Positions 21,628 to 34,962 are shown, numbered from the stretch's first letter. The stretch: 64,000 bases of DNA from Cyanophora paradoxa CCMP329 (GCA_004431415.1 QPMI01000210.1:85173-149172); one strand, 5' to 3'. Notes: a model not told the origin generated them from the sequence alone. Made by a program: numbers and translations.

Positions 21628-24079
21628 ATGGCTATGGCGGGCCTAGCAGCTATGGCGGATGAGCCTGCAAGTCCAAGGAGAGTAGACGAGACGGCCCCGC
21701 TTCTCAGGGTGTTAACCGCGGCGACGAAAAGGCAACCGCGGAGAGCGAGTGTGCAGCACAAGTACGTGCTCGCAGCTGAGCCCAAGGAGGCCGTTGATAC
21801 GTCGTGGAGAGCCGTCGTGGTCCTCCTGTGCGCCTTCAGTATAGCCGTGGCCTACGCAGACAGGTGCGGCCCTTCTCGGGCGCTTGCGCGTTTGCGCGTG
21901 CAGCGCTGACGCGCAGCCCCTCGCACAGGTCAAATCTCTCCGTAGCTATCGTGCGTCGCTCCCGCACCCTCAGCTTGCCTTGTATGTCGCTCTCTCAAGG
22001 ACGCGGCAGATTGCGATCCGCGCGGAGCTGCACTGGAGCCAGCAGACAGTCGGCCTCATCCTGGGGGCCTTCTGGTGGGGCTACCTGGCGACGCAGGTCC
22101 TGGGCGGGTGGCTCTCGCACCGCGTCGGCGGCCGCCGCGTGCTGGCGGGCGGGATCGCGCTCTGCAGCGCGGCGGCCTTCCTGCACCGGCCTGCGGCGGC
22201 GCTGGGAGCGCCCTGCTTCTTCGGCGTGCGCGTGCTGGTGGGGCTCGCGGAGGGCGTCGCCTTCCCCGCCATCCACGCGCTCCTCGCCGACTGGGTTCCC
22301 CAAGCCGAGTCCTCCCGCGCCGTCGCGGTGGTAACCTCGGCCTCCTACCTCGGCACCATCGCCGCCAACGCCGCCTCTCCGCCCCTCCTCGCCGCCCACG
22401 GCTGGCCCTCCGTCTTCTACCTCTTCGGCGCCGTCCGGCCGCCCCGCCCGCCCCGCCCGGCGCCGCCTGACGGGGGCCGCAGGTCGGGCTCGCCTGGCTG
22501 CCCCCCTGGCTCTGGCTCAGCTCGGACAAGCCGGAGCATCACCCGCGGATCGGCCCCGGCGAGCTCGCCCGCATCACCTCCGAGCGGCCCTCGAGCCGCC
22601 CCGGCACGCCCGTCCGCGGCCGGGACTCCCCCGCCCGCTCCCGCTCGAGCTCGCCGGCGCCCCTCATCGGCACACCCGTGCACGAGCGCGTGCAGCTCCT
22701 CAAGCGGCCCGTCCCCGTCCGCGCCTCGCCCCCGACCACCCCGCGCTCCTCCTCCCTCGCCGGCGACCCCGCGGCCGGCTACGGGACGCCCCGCAAGGGG
22801 AGCCTGGAGCAGGCGAAGACCCCGGCGAAGGTGCCGTGGCGGGGCCTGCTGGCCGCCCCCGAGGTCTGGGCCATCATCCTCAACCAGTTCACCAACAGCT
22901 GGGGCTTCTACGTCCTCCTCTCCTGGTGCCCGCCCTGGCCCCCATCTCTCTCTTCCCGCCCCCCCCCCCCCCCCCCCCACCCCCCCACCCCGCACCCCCC
23001 ACTCCCTCCACGCCTCACCATCATCCCCTCCTCCGCGCCCTTCCCGGCAGGCTGCCGGCGTACTTCTTCGACCGCTTCAAGACGCGCATCGAGGAGCTGC
23101 CGTTCTTCGTCGTCGCACCCTACGTCGCCCAGGCCGGCGCCGGCCTCGCCGCCGGTGACCTTGTCGTCTAATCCTCCGGATACCTCCTACGACCCCTCGC
23201 TCACTCTTCTTTCTGTGCAGGCTTCGCGGCGGACGCCCTGGTCAAGCGCGGGGCCCCGCTCCTCGCCGTCCGCCGCGTCTTCCAGGCACGCCCTGCGGCC
23301 CCCGCGCCCTCGCCCCGCCCCTCGCTCACTTATTCTCGTGTCAGGTCGTGGGGATGGTGGGCCCCGCCGTCTTCACCCTCCTCGCCGCTTTCCACGCAGA
23401 CACCCCGGGGCTCGGCGCCGGTCCGCCTTCCCCCCCACTCCCCACCCCTTGCCCCTCTCCCGTACCCCCGACTCACCCTTCACCCCACAGCGTACATCAC
23501 GGCGGGCCTGGGCCTGAATGCCTTCACGTTGGCAGGCGTCTCGGTCAAGTCCGCCCCGCCCGTTCCCGCCCCGCCCGCTCCCGCCCCGGCCCCGCCCCCG
23601 CCTGTGCTTGACGCGGGAGGGACGGGTCTGGTTGGGCAGCCACCTGGACATCGCGCCGTTGCACGCCGGGCTTGTCTTCGCGATGGGCAACTCCGCCGGC
23701 CAGCTTGCCGGCCTCGTCGCGTGCGCCCCACCCCATCTCATCCTCCCTTCTCCCTCCAACCCCCGGCAGGGTGCCGCTGACGGGGACGATGCTGAGCCGA
23801 GGCTGGCCGTGGGCGTCGGTCTTCGCGCTGGGGGCGGCGCTGTACGTCGTCGGGGCGGCGGCCTGGCTGCTCCTCGCCGGTGCCGAGGTCTTGCCCCTCG
23901 AGGAGGCCGAGCCCGCGCCCGAGGCCTCCCCGCCCCCGCCCCCCGCCCTCCACCCCCACCCCCACCCGCACTTGCACGCGCACCCCAACCCCCACCTCCT
24001 CCACCACAACTGCAAGCCCCCGGGTGCGGCCGCGCGCCCCTCCTTCCAGCGCCCTCCCGCCGGTCTGGGCTCGAGGTGA
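21628..24079 (+). CDS. MFS anion/phosphate transporter (SLC17/PHT4-like)
   Basis: YADRSNLSVAI, GLILGAFWWGYLATQVLGG, RVLVGLAEGVAFPAIHALL, GWPSVFYLFG, WGFYVLLSWLPAYF, HLDIAPLHAG. Confidence 0.9.
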
Positions 24080-24639
24080 CGCCGGCTTCCGATCCGCAGG
24101 CACGTTCGGCTCGGGCACTGTCCACCCCCACCCTGGCGCCCTCGCGATCGAGCACGCCTCCGAATCCCCCGTCTGACGTCCAAGCGTCTGAGGCGACGGC
24201 CCCGGATCTGGAGCTCACGAGTTCGCTGGGCTACTATAGCTAGTAGTCGCCTGTTCTTTGACCGTTACTGAAGGACAGATTCGCGAATACGCTGCCACAG
24301 CCTGCCAGGCGCCGGCGCCGCCGGCTGCGCGATATGCGCGTGCTCGAGCTCAGCGCGCGGCGGTTGACGCGAATTGCGCGATCAATTTGAGGGGGGACAG
24401 ATCTAACCCGGGTACATACACCTCGATCGTAGAAGCACGTGCAAGAGCGCGCGTGGAACTTGAGCGCTTCGTGGCAGCCGGAGAGTGTTCGCGTCACACA
24501 GCACAAATCGAGGCGCCCCGGTTCTAAGGTGTGCGCGCGCGCAACGCAAAACTCGGCAAGCACGCGAACATACGTCAAGCCCAGCAGCGGCTCACCACGG
24601 TCGCGGGCGCAGAATCACTGAGATCACTAGTTGTGCATC

Positions 24640-27600
24640 ATGCCTCCTTTCCCTGGCCGCGAGTACGTGGCCGGCCCAGAAGCCGTGGTGGACGTGCCCG
24701 TGCGAGGTAACCCACGCGAGCGCGTTGCGCGTGCCTGGCTGCTCGGGCTAACTTTCCGCGCCCGATCCCTCAGAGGTGGGGAAGAAGGAGTGGCAGCGCG
24801 TTACGAACCCGCCGCGGGTCTCGGGCGCCCCATGGCTGTTCGGGGACGCCGATCTCTCCCTGTGCCAGCCAAACCTGCGCACAGCCACCAGGCAGGACCT
24901 CCTCACGTACCTGGAGAACACCTGGGTCCGCGCGCGCGACAGATGCGACGCGCACGCACTGCCGAATCGGTGGCGCCGGTTCGTGCCTGACACCGCTTTC
25001 TGCGCACAGGCACTTTACGAGACGCTGTTTCGTTCGATCAAGGAGGGTCTGTCCGTTTTTGTTGTAGTGCCCCCGATCTCCCTTGCGCACTCACACGACC
25101 CGCAGAAGCGTTGTTCGTCATCGCGAATCCGCTGCGGCGGCCGCTGATCTTCTACCTCTGCCACACGGCTGTTCTCTACATCAACAAGGTCTGCAAGCTG
25201 GTCGATCGCGCCCCGGACTCCTTCCGCCGGTAACGCTCGCGGCAGATGCACCTGGCGAAGCTTTGCGATCGGATCAACCCGCACTTCGAGAACATCTTCC
25301 AGACGGGCGTAGACGAGATGAGCTGGGACGATATGGACCTCAACAAGTGCCCGCCGGCGATCGTTCCTCTTTCGTTTCCTTTCCTCACCGCCCTCTTTCC
25401 TTCCTTCTCGCAGCTACGACTGGCCGAGCGCGGCGGAGGTGTGGGACTACCGCCGGAAGACTTTCGAGACGCTCGAAAACGTCATCCTCAACCACCCCGC
25501 CTACAAGCTCCCCATCACCATGGACGACCCCTTCTGGGGTGCGCCACGCCCCGCCCGAGCCGCCCGGCCCCGCCTCGGCGCCGATCAGAGCTTTCCCCCT
25601 CCGCAGCCGTCGTCATGGGCTTCGAACACGACCGCAGTGCGCCCGGGCCCCGCCCCGCCGCCGCCCTCCGCGCGCGCTGCGCCGCCGCTGACGCCTCATT
25701 CCCGACCGGCCCCGCAGTCCACCTGGAGACGAGCGCGGTGCTGATCCGGGAGCTGCCGCTGAAGTACGTGGCGAAGCCGCTCTCGTGGCGCTACGGACCG
25801 AACAACGCGGATAGGCCCCAGGACGCCCCCAAGAACGAGGCGCGCCGCGCCCCGCCGCGCCCCGCAGCTGCCCGGGTCACGCCGGCAGCAGATGATCGAG
25901 GTGCCGGAGGGGATCGTGGACATCGGGAAGCCGCGGGACTTCCCGACGTACGGGTGGGACAACGAGTACGGGCGGAAGCTCGTGGCCGTCCCCGCCTTCA
26001 AGGCGGCCAAGTTCCTCGTCACCAACGCCGAGTTCCTCGCCTTCGTCGAGGCCGGCGGCTACAAGGAGCGCCGCCTCTGGGACGAGGAGGGCTGGCGCTG
26101 GGTCACCTACAAGAAGGCCGAGCACCCCGTCTTCTGGGTGAGGCGCGACGACGGCGGCTACGCGTACCGCGCGACCTACGACGTCATCGAGATGCCGTGG
26201 AGCTGGCCCGTCGACGTCAACTGCCTCGAGGCGAAGGCCTTCTGCCGCTGGAAGGGCCCCGAGTACCGCCTCGTCTCGGAGGCGGAGCACCACCGGATGC
26301 GGGACCCCGTGCCCGACGGCCTCAAGCCCAAGGTCGAGCGGGACATCCAGTTCCGCCCCGAGGTGCCCCCGCCCCGCCCCTCGCCCCTCGCCCGGCCCGC
26401 GCCCCCACGAGCTGAGCGCGGGCGGGGCAGGTGCCGGGGAACCTGAACATGCGGTGGCACAGCGCGACGCCGGTGGACATGTACCCGCGGACCTCGCAGG
26501 GCTTCCACGACGCGCACGGCAACGTGTGGGAGTGGACCGAGGACTGGTTCCACCCGCTCCCGGGCTTCCAGATCCACCCCCTCTACGACGACTTCTCCAC
26601 CCCCTGCTTCGACAACCGCCACAACATGGTACCGCCGCCCATCGCCCTTTCCTGTGGAGGGCGCCGGCTCAGGGGGCCCCCGGGCAGATCATGGGCGGGT
26701 CGTGGGTCTCGACGGGCGACGAGGCCTCGAGCTTCGCCCGCTTCCACTTCCGCCGCCACTTCTTCCAGAACCTCGGTGCGCCCGCCCGGCGCCCCTCGCG
26801 CTCGCGCGCGGCGCCTCACGCCGGGAGCTCGCGTGCAGGCTTCCGGTACTGCGTGGGCCCCGAGCCGAAGCAGAGCGCGACGCTGCAGCAGTCGGTGTAC
26901 GAGTCGGGCAAGTCGCTGGCGGAGTACCTGCTCTTCCACTTCGGGCGGCGGGAGGAGGTGGTGGCCATCGAGGCCCCCGTCGACTTCGCCCTCGAGTTCC
27001 CGCGCCGCTGCGCCGAGGAGTGCATCGCGGCCCTGCGCGCCGCGCGGGGCCCCGGGGCCGGCCTCGCCGAGGCGACGGCGCTGGACGTCGGCTGCGCGGT
27101 GGGGCGCTCGACGTTCGAGCTGGCGCGGCACGTGCGGAGCGCCTTGGGCGTCGACTTCAGCGCCCGCTTCATCGCCGCCGCCGACCGCCTCCGCGAGCGC
27201 GGCTGGGAGGAGTACCCCCGCACCGAGGAGGGCGCCATCGAGGTCCCCGCGCGCGCCGAGGTCGACCCCGCCATCGACCGCGCCCGCGTCAAGTTCGCCC
27301 AGGGCGACGCGTGCAACCTGCCGGCGACGCTGCCGGCGTACGACGTGGTGCTCGCGGCGAACCTGATCGACCGCCTGCACCACCCGCTCGACTTCCTGAA
27401 CCGCCTGCCGGACCTGGTCAAGCCCGGCGGCGTCGCGGTGATCACCTCGCCCTACACGTGGCTGGAGGAGTTCACGCAGCGGGAGTTCTGGCTCGGGGGC
27501 AAGGAGGAGGGGCGGGGCACGGCGGAGGGCCTGCGGGAGGCGATGCGGGAGCGCGGCTTCGCGCCCCTCTTCGAGAAGGACCTCCCCTTCCTCATCGTGC

Positions 27601-27730
27601 GCCCCCCCGCCCCCGCCCCCGCCACGCCCCCCGCCAGCTCACCCCGGCACCCCAGCGCGAGCACCGCCGCAAGTACCAGCTCTCCTTCGCCCACTGCACC
27701 GCCTGGAAGCGCGTCCCCGCCTCCCAGTGA
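24640..27730 (+). CDS. ovoA: 5-histidylcysteine sulfoxide synthase with C-terminal methyltransferase (ovothiol synthase)
   Basis: LRRPLIFYLCHTA, GVDEMSWDD, iron motif HDRIHLET, FGE-sulfatase domain (YGWDNEYG, GNVWEW, RFHFRRHFFQNLGFR), SAM-MT (EYLLFHFG, ALDVGCAVGR, ANLIDRL, SPYTWLEEFT). Confidence 0.93.
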
Positions 27731-28235
27731 GGGGCCCCCGGAGCCCCGCGTCCCCCAAACCGGCCCCGCCGCGCACGTGCACTCGCCTCCTCTACAGAGT
27801 TTTTCACGCAGTTTTTCGCTCAGGCTCGCCAATTCGTTTACAGTTTCAATTTCAGGCTCCTTATCGTATCGATGCAATAGCCCCCCGCGGACCCGTCCGG
27901 GTCCCGCAGCAGTTCTATACTCTAATAAATATATGTCAAACCATGCGCAAGCCCTCAATTGCAAGAATTTGCAACGCAAACCGCCGGGGAGCACTAGTAC
28001 TGCGCGCGGGGCAGATATCGACTCGGCGATGGATATCTATAGCTATAGCTAGCCTTTAGCTAGTAGGCTAGGAACCGGCCCGGTGGTGGGCTGATCGGGC
28101 GGTCGGACAGTCTCGTAGCACATTTTCGCGAGCCACGGTGCACATGAATCGTCGCCGCGGCGCAGCAATTGCAATTGAAGTCCAGCACAGATCTAGAAGC
28201 GGTGCGTACCCGGCCCAGCTGCAAAGTCGGTGCAG

Positions 28236-30247
28236 ATGGCTCTTCGGCCGATGCCGGCGCACCGCTGGGCACTCGCGTGCCTGCTGGCGCTGGCGGCGCT
28301 GCAGGTCGCAGCTGCGCAGCGCCAGGTCGTCATCTTCGATACGGACGTCGGTGCGGCGCGCCCAGCCCCGCGCTAGCGCGCGTACGCGCACGAGACGCGA
28401 CTGCAGACCACGAAGACCTCTTTGGGATGCTCTTCCTCGCGCGGTCGCCCCTCGTCGACATGCGGCTCGTCGTCATACACGGCGGCGGCTTCGGCGAGGT
28501 CACCTGGGGCGTGGACCACGCCAGCAAGCTTCTCTCGGTGCGCCATGCGTCCAGCTGCGCGCCGCAGTTGGATCGCCAGCTCCTGCAGGGCGCTTTGTCG
28601 GCTCGGGTCGCGGCTTGACCGGCCCGCCGCTCACGCCCCTCCCGCGACGCACAGCACGTCGGAATGACGCACGTACGCGTGTGCGCGGGGCCGGAGAAGG
28701 CCCTCACTGCCCTCGGCGTGGCGAACAAGGAGAAGATCCCCAAGCTCTGGCTCGCGGGCCTGCGAAACATGTTCGGCGCGCCTGCGCCGGCCGGAGCGCT
28801 CCTGCGTTCCCGTCCGCGCCGCTGACTGCGCGCCGGGTGTCGCAGGGCTGATGGACGAGCTGCCTCCCGGGAAGGCGCGGGCGTGCCCGACGGGCGGCGT
28901 GGAGGCGATGGCGGCCCTCATCAAATCTTCCAAGACGCGCGTCAAGGCGCGCGGGGCGCGGCGCGCAGCTCAGCTCGGCCGAAGCTTGAGCGCGCGCGGC
29001 CTCAGATCGTGTCGACGGGGGGCCTGACGGCGATCGCGGAGCTCTTCCGGCGGCACCCCGAGCTGCGGACGGCGGTGGACGTCGTCGCGATGGGCGGCGC
29101 CGTCTACCACCCGGGCAACCTCAACGTCGGCGACTTCCAGAGCGTCCCCGACAACCGCGTCGCCGAGTGGAACGGCCCGCCCGCCCGCCGCCCGCCGCCG
29201 CGCCGCCGTCCGACGCGCTGGGCAGTGTTCCTGGACCCGGTGGCGGCGCGGGAGGTGCTGCAGGACGCGACGGCGGCGGGCGCGCGCGTGCTGCTCGTGC
29301 CCCTCGACGCCACGCGCGACGTGCCGATGACGCCGGCCTTCCACCGCCGCCTGGGGGCCATCGCGAGCGGGGGCGGCATGCCCGGCACGAGCGCCTCGCC
29401 CCACGCCGTCTTCCTCCACCGCCTCATGTCCGCCTTCCGCGGCGTCGAGGGCAGGGACTTCGAGAACCTGTGCCCGCTCCCCCGCCTCCCCCCCCCCCCC
29501 CCCCCCCCCCCCCGCCCCGCCAGCAACTGCGAGCGGCGCAGGTACTTCTGGGACACGCTGACGTGCGTGGCGGCGGTGAAGCCGACGGTGGTGGCGGCGC
29601 GGACGGTGCGGCTGCGCGTGGACGTCTCCGACGGCCCCGCCTCGGGGCAGACGGCGGAGGACCGGGACGGGACCTTCGGGGGCGGGCCCCTCCAGGTCAG
29701 CCCTCCCGGGCCCCCGCCCGCTGCCCTCCGCCGGCCCCCAGGAGGCGGCCCCTGCGGCCACGAGCGCTGCCCTCGTCCTCCCTCGCCCCCCGCCTTCGCT
29801 CACGGCGGGGGCGGGCAGGTGGCGGTGGCGGCGGACACGCCCTTCTTCGAGGAGGAGTTCTTCACCACCCTCGGGCCCTTCGTCCGCCCCGCCCTCCCCC
29901 CGCCCCCTGCCCCCGCCTCCACATACGCCTCCGAAGGCTCTCCATGGGCCGGGCCGGCCAGGCCGCCGATCGCGAGCGCCCCCGCGCGGGACCCTAGGCT
30001 AGACGGCGCGGACGCCGGCGCTTGATGTAGACCTAGACGTGGGGGCAGCGCATGCCCTCCTCGCGGCCCCCTGACGCCGGGGCCGCTGCAGTCGCACGGG
30101 GCGGAGTACGCGGCGGCGGGCCTGAGCGCCGGGGTGGACGCCGCCGAGGAGGAGCTCCTCCGCGCCGCCGCCGCCGCCGCCGCAGACGCCGACGAGGCGA
30201 CGCAGGGGGCCCAGGCGGCCCAGGGGGAGGCCGCCCCCGCCGCGTAG
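28236..30247 (+). CDS. Secreted inosine/uridine-preferring nucleoside hydrolase family protein
   Basis: Signal peptide; DTDVDHED; MGGAV..PGNL; AEWNVFLDP; LVPLDAT; YFWD. The 3' end is uncertain (30025 or 30247). Confidence 0.85.
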
Positions 30248-30394
30248 CTCGGGGCAACTGTACAGCGCGAATTCGAACCAGAGGCGCTTGGATCGGAGGC
30301 TGGGGTACAGAATGGGGAGGGGAGGAGAGGAGAGGGGCCGGCCACTGTGCAGCACGGCCAGAGAGGCTCGGATCGAATTGAGGGGTAGGGGGCG

Positions 30395-32204
30395 TCAGGG
30401 GAAGGGGGCGCGGGGGGCGAGGAGGGGCACGAAGCCGCAGGCGGGGCACTCGGAGGCGGGGCCCTCGCGCTCGAACATGCAGCTCGGGCACGCCAGCCCC
30501 AGCCCCCCGCCCGCCCCCGCCGCCCCCACCGCCAGCGCTCCACCCGGCCGCCGGCCGGCGAGCTGGGGGGTGGCAGGGTCCATTCAGCTGTCTGCGCGGG
30601 GACGTGTGGGGGGCGTGCGGGCGGACCTGGGAGGGGGGGTCGTGGCCGGGGCCGCCGCCGCCGTCGTCGTCGTCTTCCGAGAGGTCGATCACCGCCGGCG
30701 CCCCAGCCGCCGCCCCCGCCCGGCCTGCCGCGGGGGGGCCCGGCCCCCGCGGCCGGCGGGGGCCCGCCGCCCCGCGGCCGCACCGCCTCGCACATCTGCG
30801 GCGGGCCGGGCGTCGCGGGCGCCCCGGGCGTCTGGGACGGGGCGGGGGCGGGCGGGCGCGCCTCGCAGTAGTCGCTCCGCCCCTCGTTTGCGTACGTGCA
30901 GGAAGGGCAGTCCCACTTGGGCCGCTCCGACGGCGACGGCGAGCGCGAGCGGCCCCGCGGCACTGCAGCGCGGCGGCGCGGGGCCGGCGTGGGCGCGAGG
31001 CGGCGCTGGCGGCGCTGGCGGCGAGCCGAGGCGCGCACGCGGCGGGCGGTCGTAGGACGGTGCGCTCGAGCTGCCGCCGCTTCCGCTGCCACTGCCGCTG
31101 GGCCCCGCCTGTGGCCCGTTGGCGCCGCGCCACTGCGGCGCCGGCCCTGCGCGCCTCCGTCGGGAAGACGGGCTGCGGGGAGGGCGTGGGGGACGGCACG
31201 GGGCGCACGGTTGGACTGCCCGCCGGCGCGGTCCCTCCGCATGCCCTTCGTGATGTGCTCGTCGAGCCAGTGGACCTGCGCGGCAGCGCGCGGTGAGGGC
31301 GCCGGCAGCCGGCGGGGGCGGGGGCGGGGGCGGGGGGGGCGTGCCTCGGAGACGAAGGACTGGAGGGTGCTGGAGACGGTGTTGTTGCGGAAGCCGAGGA
31401 GGACGGTGGTCTTGCCCAGGTCCGACGCCACCGTCACCGCGTCCTCGAAGTCCACGTCCCCCGTCAGCAGAGCGACCTCGTCCGCCTTCCCCTGGAAGCA
31501 CGCCTTCACCAGCGCCACCGCGATCCTGCCCGCGCACCCCCGCCCCGCTCGGAGGCTACCGGCGGTCGGGCCGGCGGCGAGCGGGGCGGGCGCAGCGCAC
31601 CCGACGTCGACGCCGGCCTGCTCCTGCCCCTGCGTCTGCTGCTTGCAGTGGCGGCAGAAGACGCTCTTCGCTTTCATCCGGTGCCGGCTGACTCGGAACT
31701 GCGGCCCATCCGGCGGCGCGCGGGAGAGCAGGTTTTCGAACTAGGTTGGAGGCGTGAGCGGCGGCGGGTTGCCCGCGCCGGCGTGGAGAGGAAGGCCCGC
31801 ACCCTCCTGAAATTTTCTTTTGCGTCAGGCCTATCCGGCGACGCAGTGAAGTACAGGCGCTCGTAGAAGCTCCCCTTGCACAGGTGCTCGAGCAGCTTGC
31901 GGAAGGCTATCCAGTCGAACTGCGCGACGGATCAGGGCATAGGGATGATCGTTCGCATCTCGCAGCAAACCTCCTCGCGCGGGATCTTGTAGTGCCGTTC
32001 GAGGCACTGTTCGAGGTACGCGCCGTCGATTATGAGCAGGCGCTTCTTTGATCCTGACGCGGCTGCTGCAGCCGCAGGCGCCGGCGAAACGTGGGCTGCC
32101 GGTGCCCCCTGCATCGCTCCGGGCCCATCGCCCCACGCCTGAGCATGAGTTCAGCAAGCGGGCCGGCCCTCGCGCGCTCCAGCGGCAGCGCGCACCTCCG
32201 CCAT
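30395..32204 (-). CDS. NYN (LabA/DUF88 PIN-like) ribonuclease with C-terminal RanBP2-type zinc fingers
   Basis: LLIIDGAYL, EQAGVDV, LLTGDVDF; WDCPSCTYAN...CEMC and a second CPSC...CPAC. Confidence 0.82.
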
Positions 32205-32290
32205 GTCCAGACTCTAGCGCTGTTCCTGTCGATCGTTCGCGCAGTTGGAGTTGCTGAAGTGGCTGAACTTCAGCTGCTGAACTACAGCTG

Positions 32291-32333
32291 ACCGCTGCTC
32301 AGCGGCTGCTCAGCCGCTGCTCAGCGGCTGCTG
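32291..32333. repeat. 11-bp GCTGCTCAGC(G/C) tandem in the 163-bp divergent spacer between the NYN and D-LDH genes
   Basis: ccgctgctcagcggctgctcagccgctgctcagcggctgctg. Confidence 0.6.
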
Positions 32334-32367
32334 CGGGCGCGGGGTACAAGTGCCCGAAAAACTTTCG

Positions 32368-34962
32368 ATGCGGGCGTTCCAGCGGCTCGCGCGGGCTGCT
32401 GGCGCGTCGCTGGCGTCCGCCACGACCGTGCGGCGGGTCGGCGCCGTCGCCGGGGCCGCTGCCGTCGCGGCCGGCGCGTGGGCGGCTTCCGACGGCTGGA
32501 TCGCCCTGCCGTGGCCGGTCCGCGCCGCCTCTCTGCCGCCGCCTCGAAGAGAGATCGCGGGCTGACGTGCGGGTGTCGCGCAGGTCGCCGTCACGTACGC
32601 AGAGGCCAAGAGTGCGCCGCGCCGGGCTTGACACCGCCGCGGCGGGGCCCCTAAGCGCGCCGCGTGCAGGGGCTCCGCGGCACGTGAGTGCGGCGGCGGT
32701 GAAGGAGCTGCAGCAGCTGCTCGGGGACCGCCTGTCGCTGGACGAGGGCGAGCGGGAGCACCACGGGAAGGACGTCTCCTGGTGCGGCGCCCCGCGCGGC
32801 GCGGCGCCGGCGCCGCGCCGACGGAGCTCGGCGCGACAGGCACGAGGGCCACCCGCCGCACGCGGTGGCGTACCCGCGGACGACGGAGGAGGTGAGCGGG
32901 ATCGTGAAGATCTGCTCGAAGCACGGTGTGCCGATCATCCCCTACGGCTCCGGCACCTCCCTCGAGGGCCACACCACCGCCCTCGTCGGCGGTGCGCCCC
33001 GCGCCCTCCACCCGCGCAGCCCCCGCCTCGCTCAAACCTTGCGCGACGGCGGGCAGGGCTGTGCGTGGACATGTCGGGGATGAACAAGGTGCTGGCCGTC
33101 AACGTGGACGACCAGGACTGCGTCGTCGAGGCGCGCCTTTCTTTTCCACGCGACTCGGTCGACTGCTCAAATTTGACGCGCGGGGCGCGGCAGGCGGGGG
33201 TGCCCTGGCAGGACCTCAACGAGCACCTCGCCCCCTACGGCCTCTTCTTCCCCATGGCCCGCCCGCCCACCCGCCCCCTTCCTCTCGCCCCCGCCACGCG
33301 GCTCAGGCCCCCGCAGGACCCCGGGCCGAACGCCTCCATCGGCGGCATGGTGCCGGCCCGCCAGCCCCGCCCCGCCCCGCGGGGCCGAGCGTGGCCGGCG
33401 GGCCGCAGGTGGGGACGAGCTGCAGCGGCCCCAACGCGGTGCGCTACGGCACGATGAAGGCCAACGTCCTCGGCCTCAAGGCGCGCCTCTGCGCACCCCG
33501 GCTCCGCGCTCGTGTACCCCGCCGCCTGACGCCCGGGCGGCGGGCGCCCCGGCAGGTCGTGCTCCCCTCGGGCGACGTCATCAAGGCGCGGCGCACTCCC
33601 CCTCCCCATCAGACGGCGCTCCGCTCATGGAACGCCCCTCACCCCCCTCCCCCCAGACGGCGAACCGGGCGCGGAAGAGCTCGGCGGGGTACGACCTGAC
33701 GCGGCTGTTCGTGGGGTCGGAGGGGACGCTGGGCCTGGTGACGGAGGCGACGCTGAAGCTGCAGCGGGTGCCGGCCGCCTCGAGCGTTGCCGTCTGCGAC
33801 TTCCCCTCCGTGGAGGCCGCCTCGCGCGCCGTCATCGCCCTCTTCAAGCGCGGCGTCGTCGTCGGCAAGGCCCGCCCCCGCCCCGCCCCCGCCCCACCCC
33901 CGCCCCGGCCCGCGGCGCCGGTGACGGGGCGGCAGGTGGAGCTGCTGGACGCGCCGATGGTCAAGGCCATCAACCTCCACGCCGGCTTCTCCTTCCCCCG
34001 CCCGCCCCCGGCCCCGCCCCGGCCCCGCCCGCCCCCGCCCCCCTGACGCCCACGGCGGGCCTCGCAGAGCGGCCGCACATCTTCTTCGAGTTCACGGGGA
34101 CGCCGGCGACGGTGGAGGAGTCGGCGGCGATCACGCGGGGCATCGCGGGGGAGCACGGCGGCGGCGCCTTCGCGTACGCCACCGACCCCGAGGAGAAGAG
34201 GCGCCTCTGGAGGGCCCGCAAGGAGGCCTTCTGGGCCGCCGGCACCCTCCGCCCGGGCTCCCAGGCGAGCGAGCGAGCCGGCGGGGGCCCCTCGCGCCCC
34301 CCCCGGGGCGCCGCGCGCTGAGGGGCCCGCAGGTGTGGACGACGGACGTGTGCGTGCCGGTGTCGCGCCTCGCCGACTGCATCCACGAGACGGCCGAGGA
34401 CCTCGCCCGCTCCTCCCTCATCGCCCCCCTCGTCGGCCCGCCCCGCCCCGCCCCGCCCCGGCCCCTCCTCGTCGCCCCCGGCGACATCCTCTCGCGACGC
34501 GCAGGGCACGTGGGGGACGGCAACTTCCACCTCCTCGTCCTCCTCGACCCCGAGTGCGCTGCGGGGGCCCGGGGCGCCTCCCCGCCCCCTCCGCCCCGCC
34601 CCGCCTCACCCGCCCCAGGAACCCCGCCGAGCTCGCCGAGGCCCGCCGCATCAACGGGCGTCTCATCCGCAGGTCCCCTCCCCCGCCCCGGCTCTCCAAT
34701 CCCCTGCTCCTCTGAGCGGCGGGGCCGCGCAGGGCGATCGCGATGGACGGGACGTGCACGGGCGAGCACGGCATCGGCATCGGCAAGATGGTGCCGCCGC
34801 CCCCCACGGCGCCCGCCGCCGCCCCCGCGGCTCATCCCCCGCTGGCAGGAGTTCCTGGCTGAGGAGCTGGGGCCCGGGGCCGTGGATCTCATGCGCACGA
34901 TCAAGCGCGCCGTGGACCCCAAGGGCATCATGAACCCCGGCAAGATCTTCACCGACAACTGA
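32368..34962 (+). CDS. DLD1: Mitochondrial D-lactate dehydrogenase (cytochrome), FAD-linked oxidase
   Basis: PYGSGTSLEGH, DPGPNASIGGM, RKSSAGYDLTRLFVGSEGTLG, TDVCVPVSRL, GHVGDGNFH, GTCTGEHGIGIGK, DPKGIMNPGK. Confidence 0.93.

Noticed and set aside
19367-30247. ARH-MFS-ovoA-nucleoside hydrolase as an ovothiol gene cluster
   Set aside because: Co-oriented, but no lyase and no established pathway link; likely ordinary neighbours
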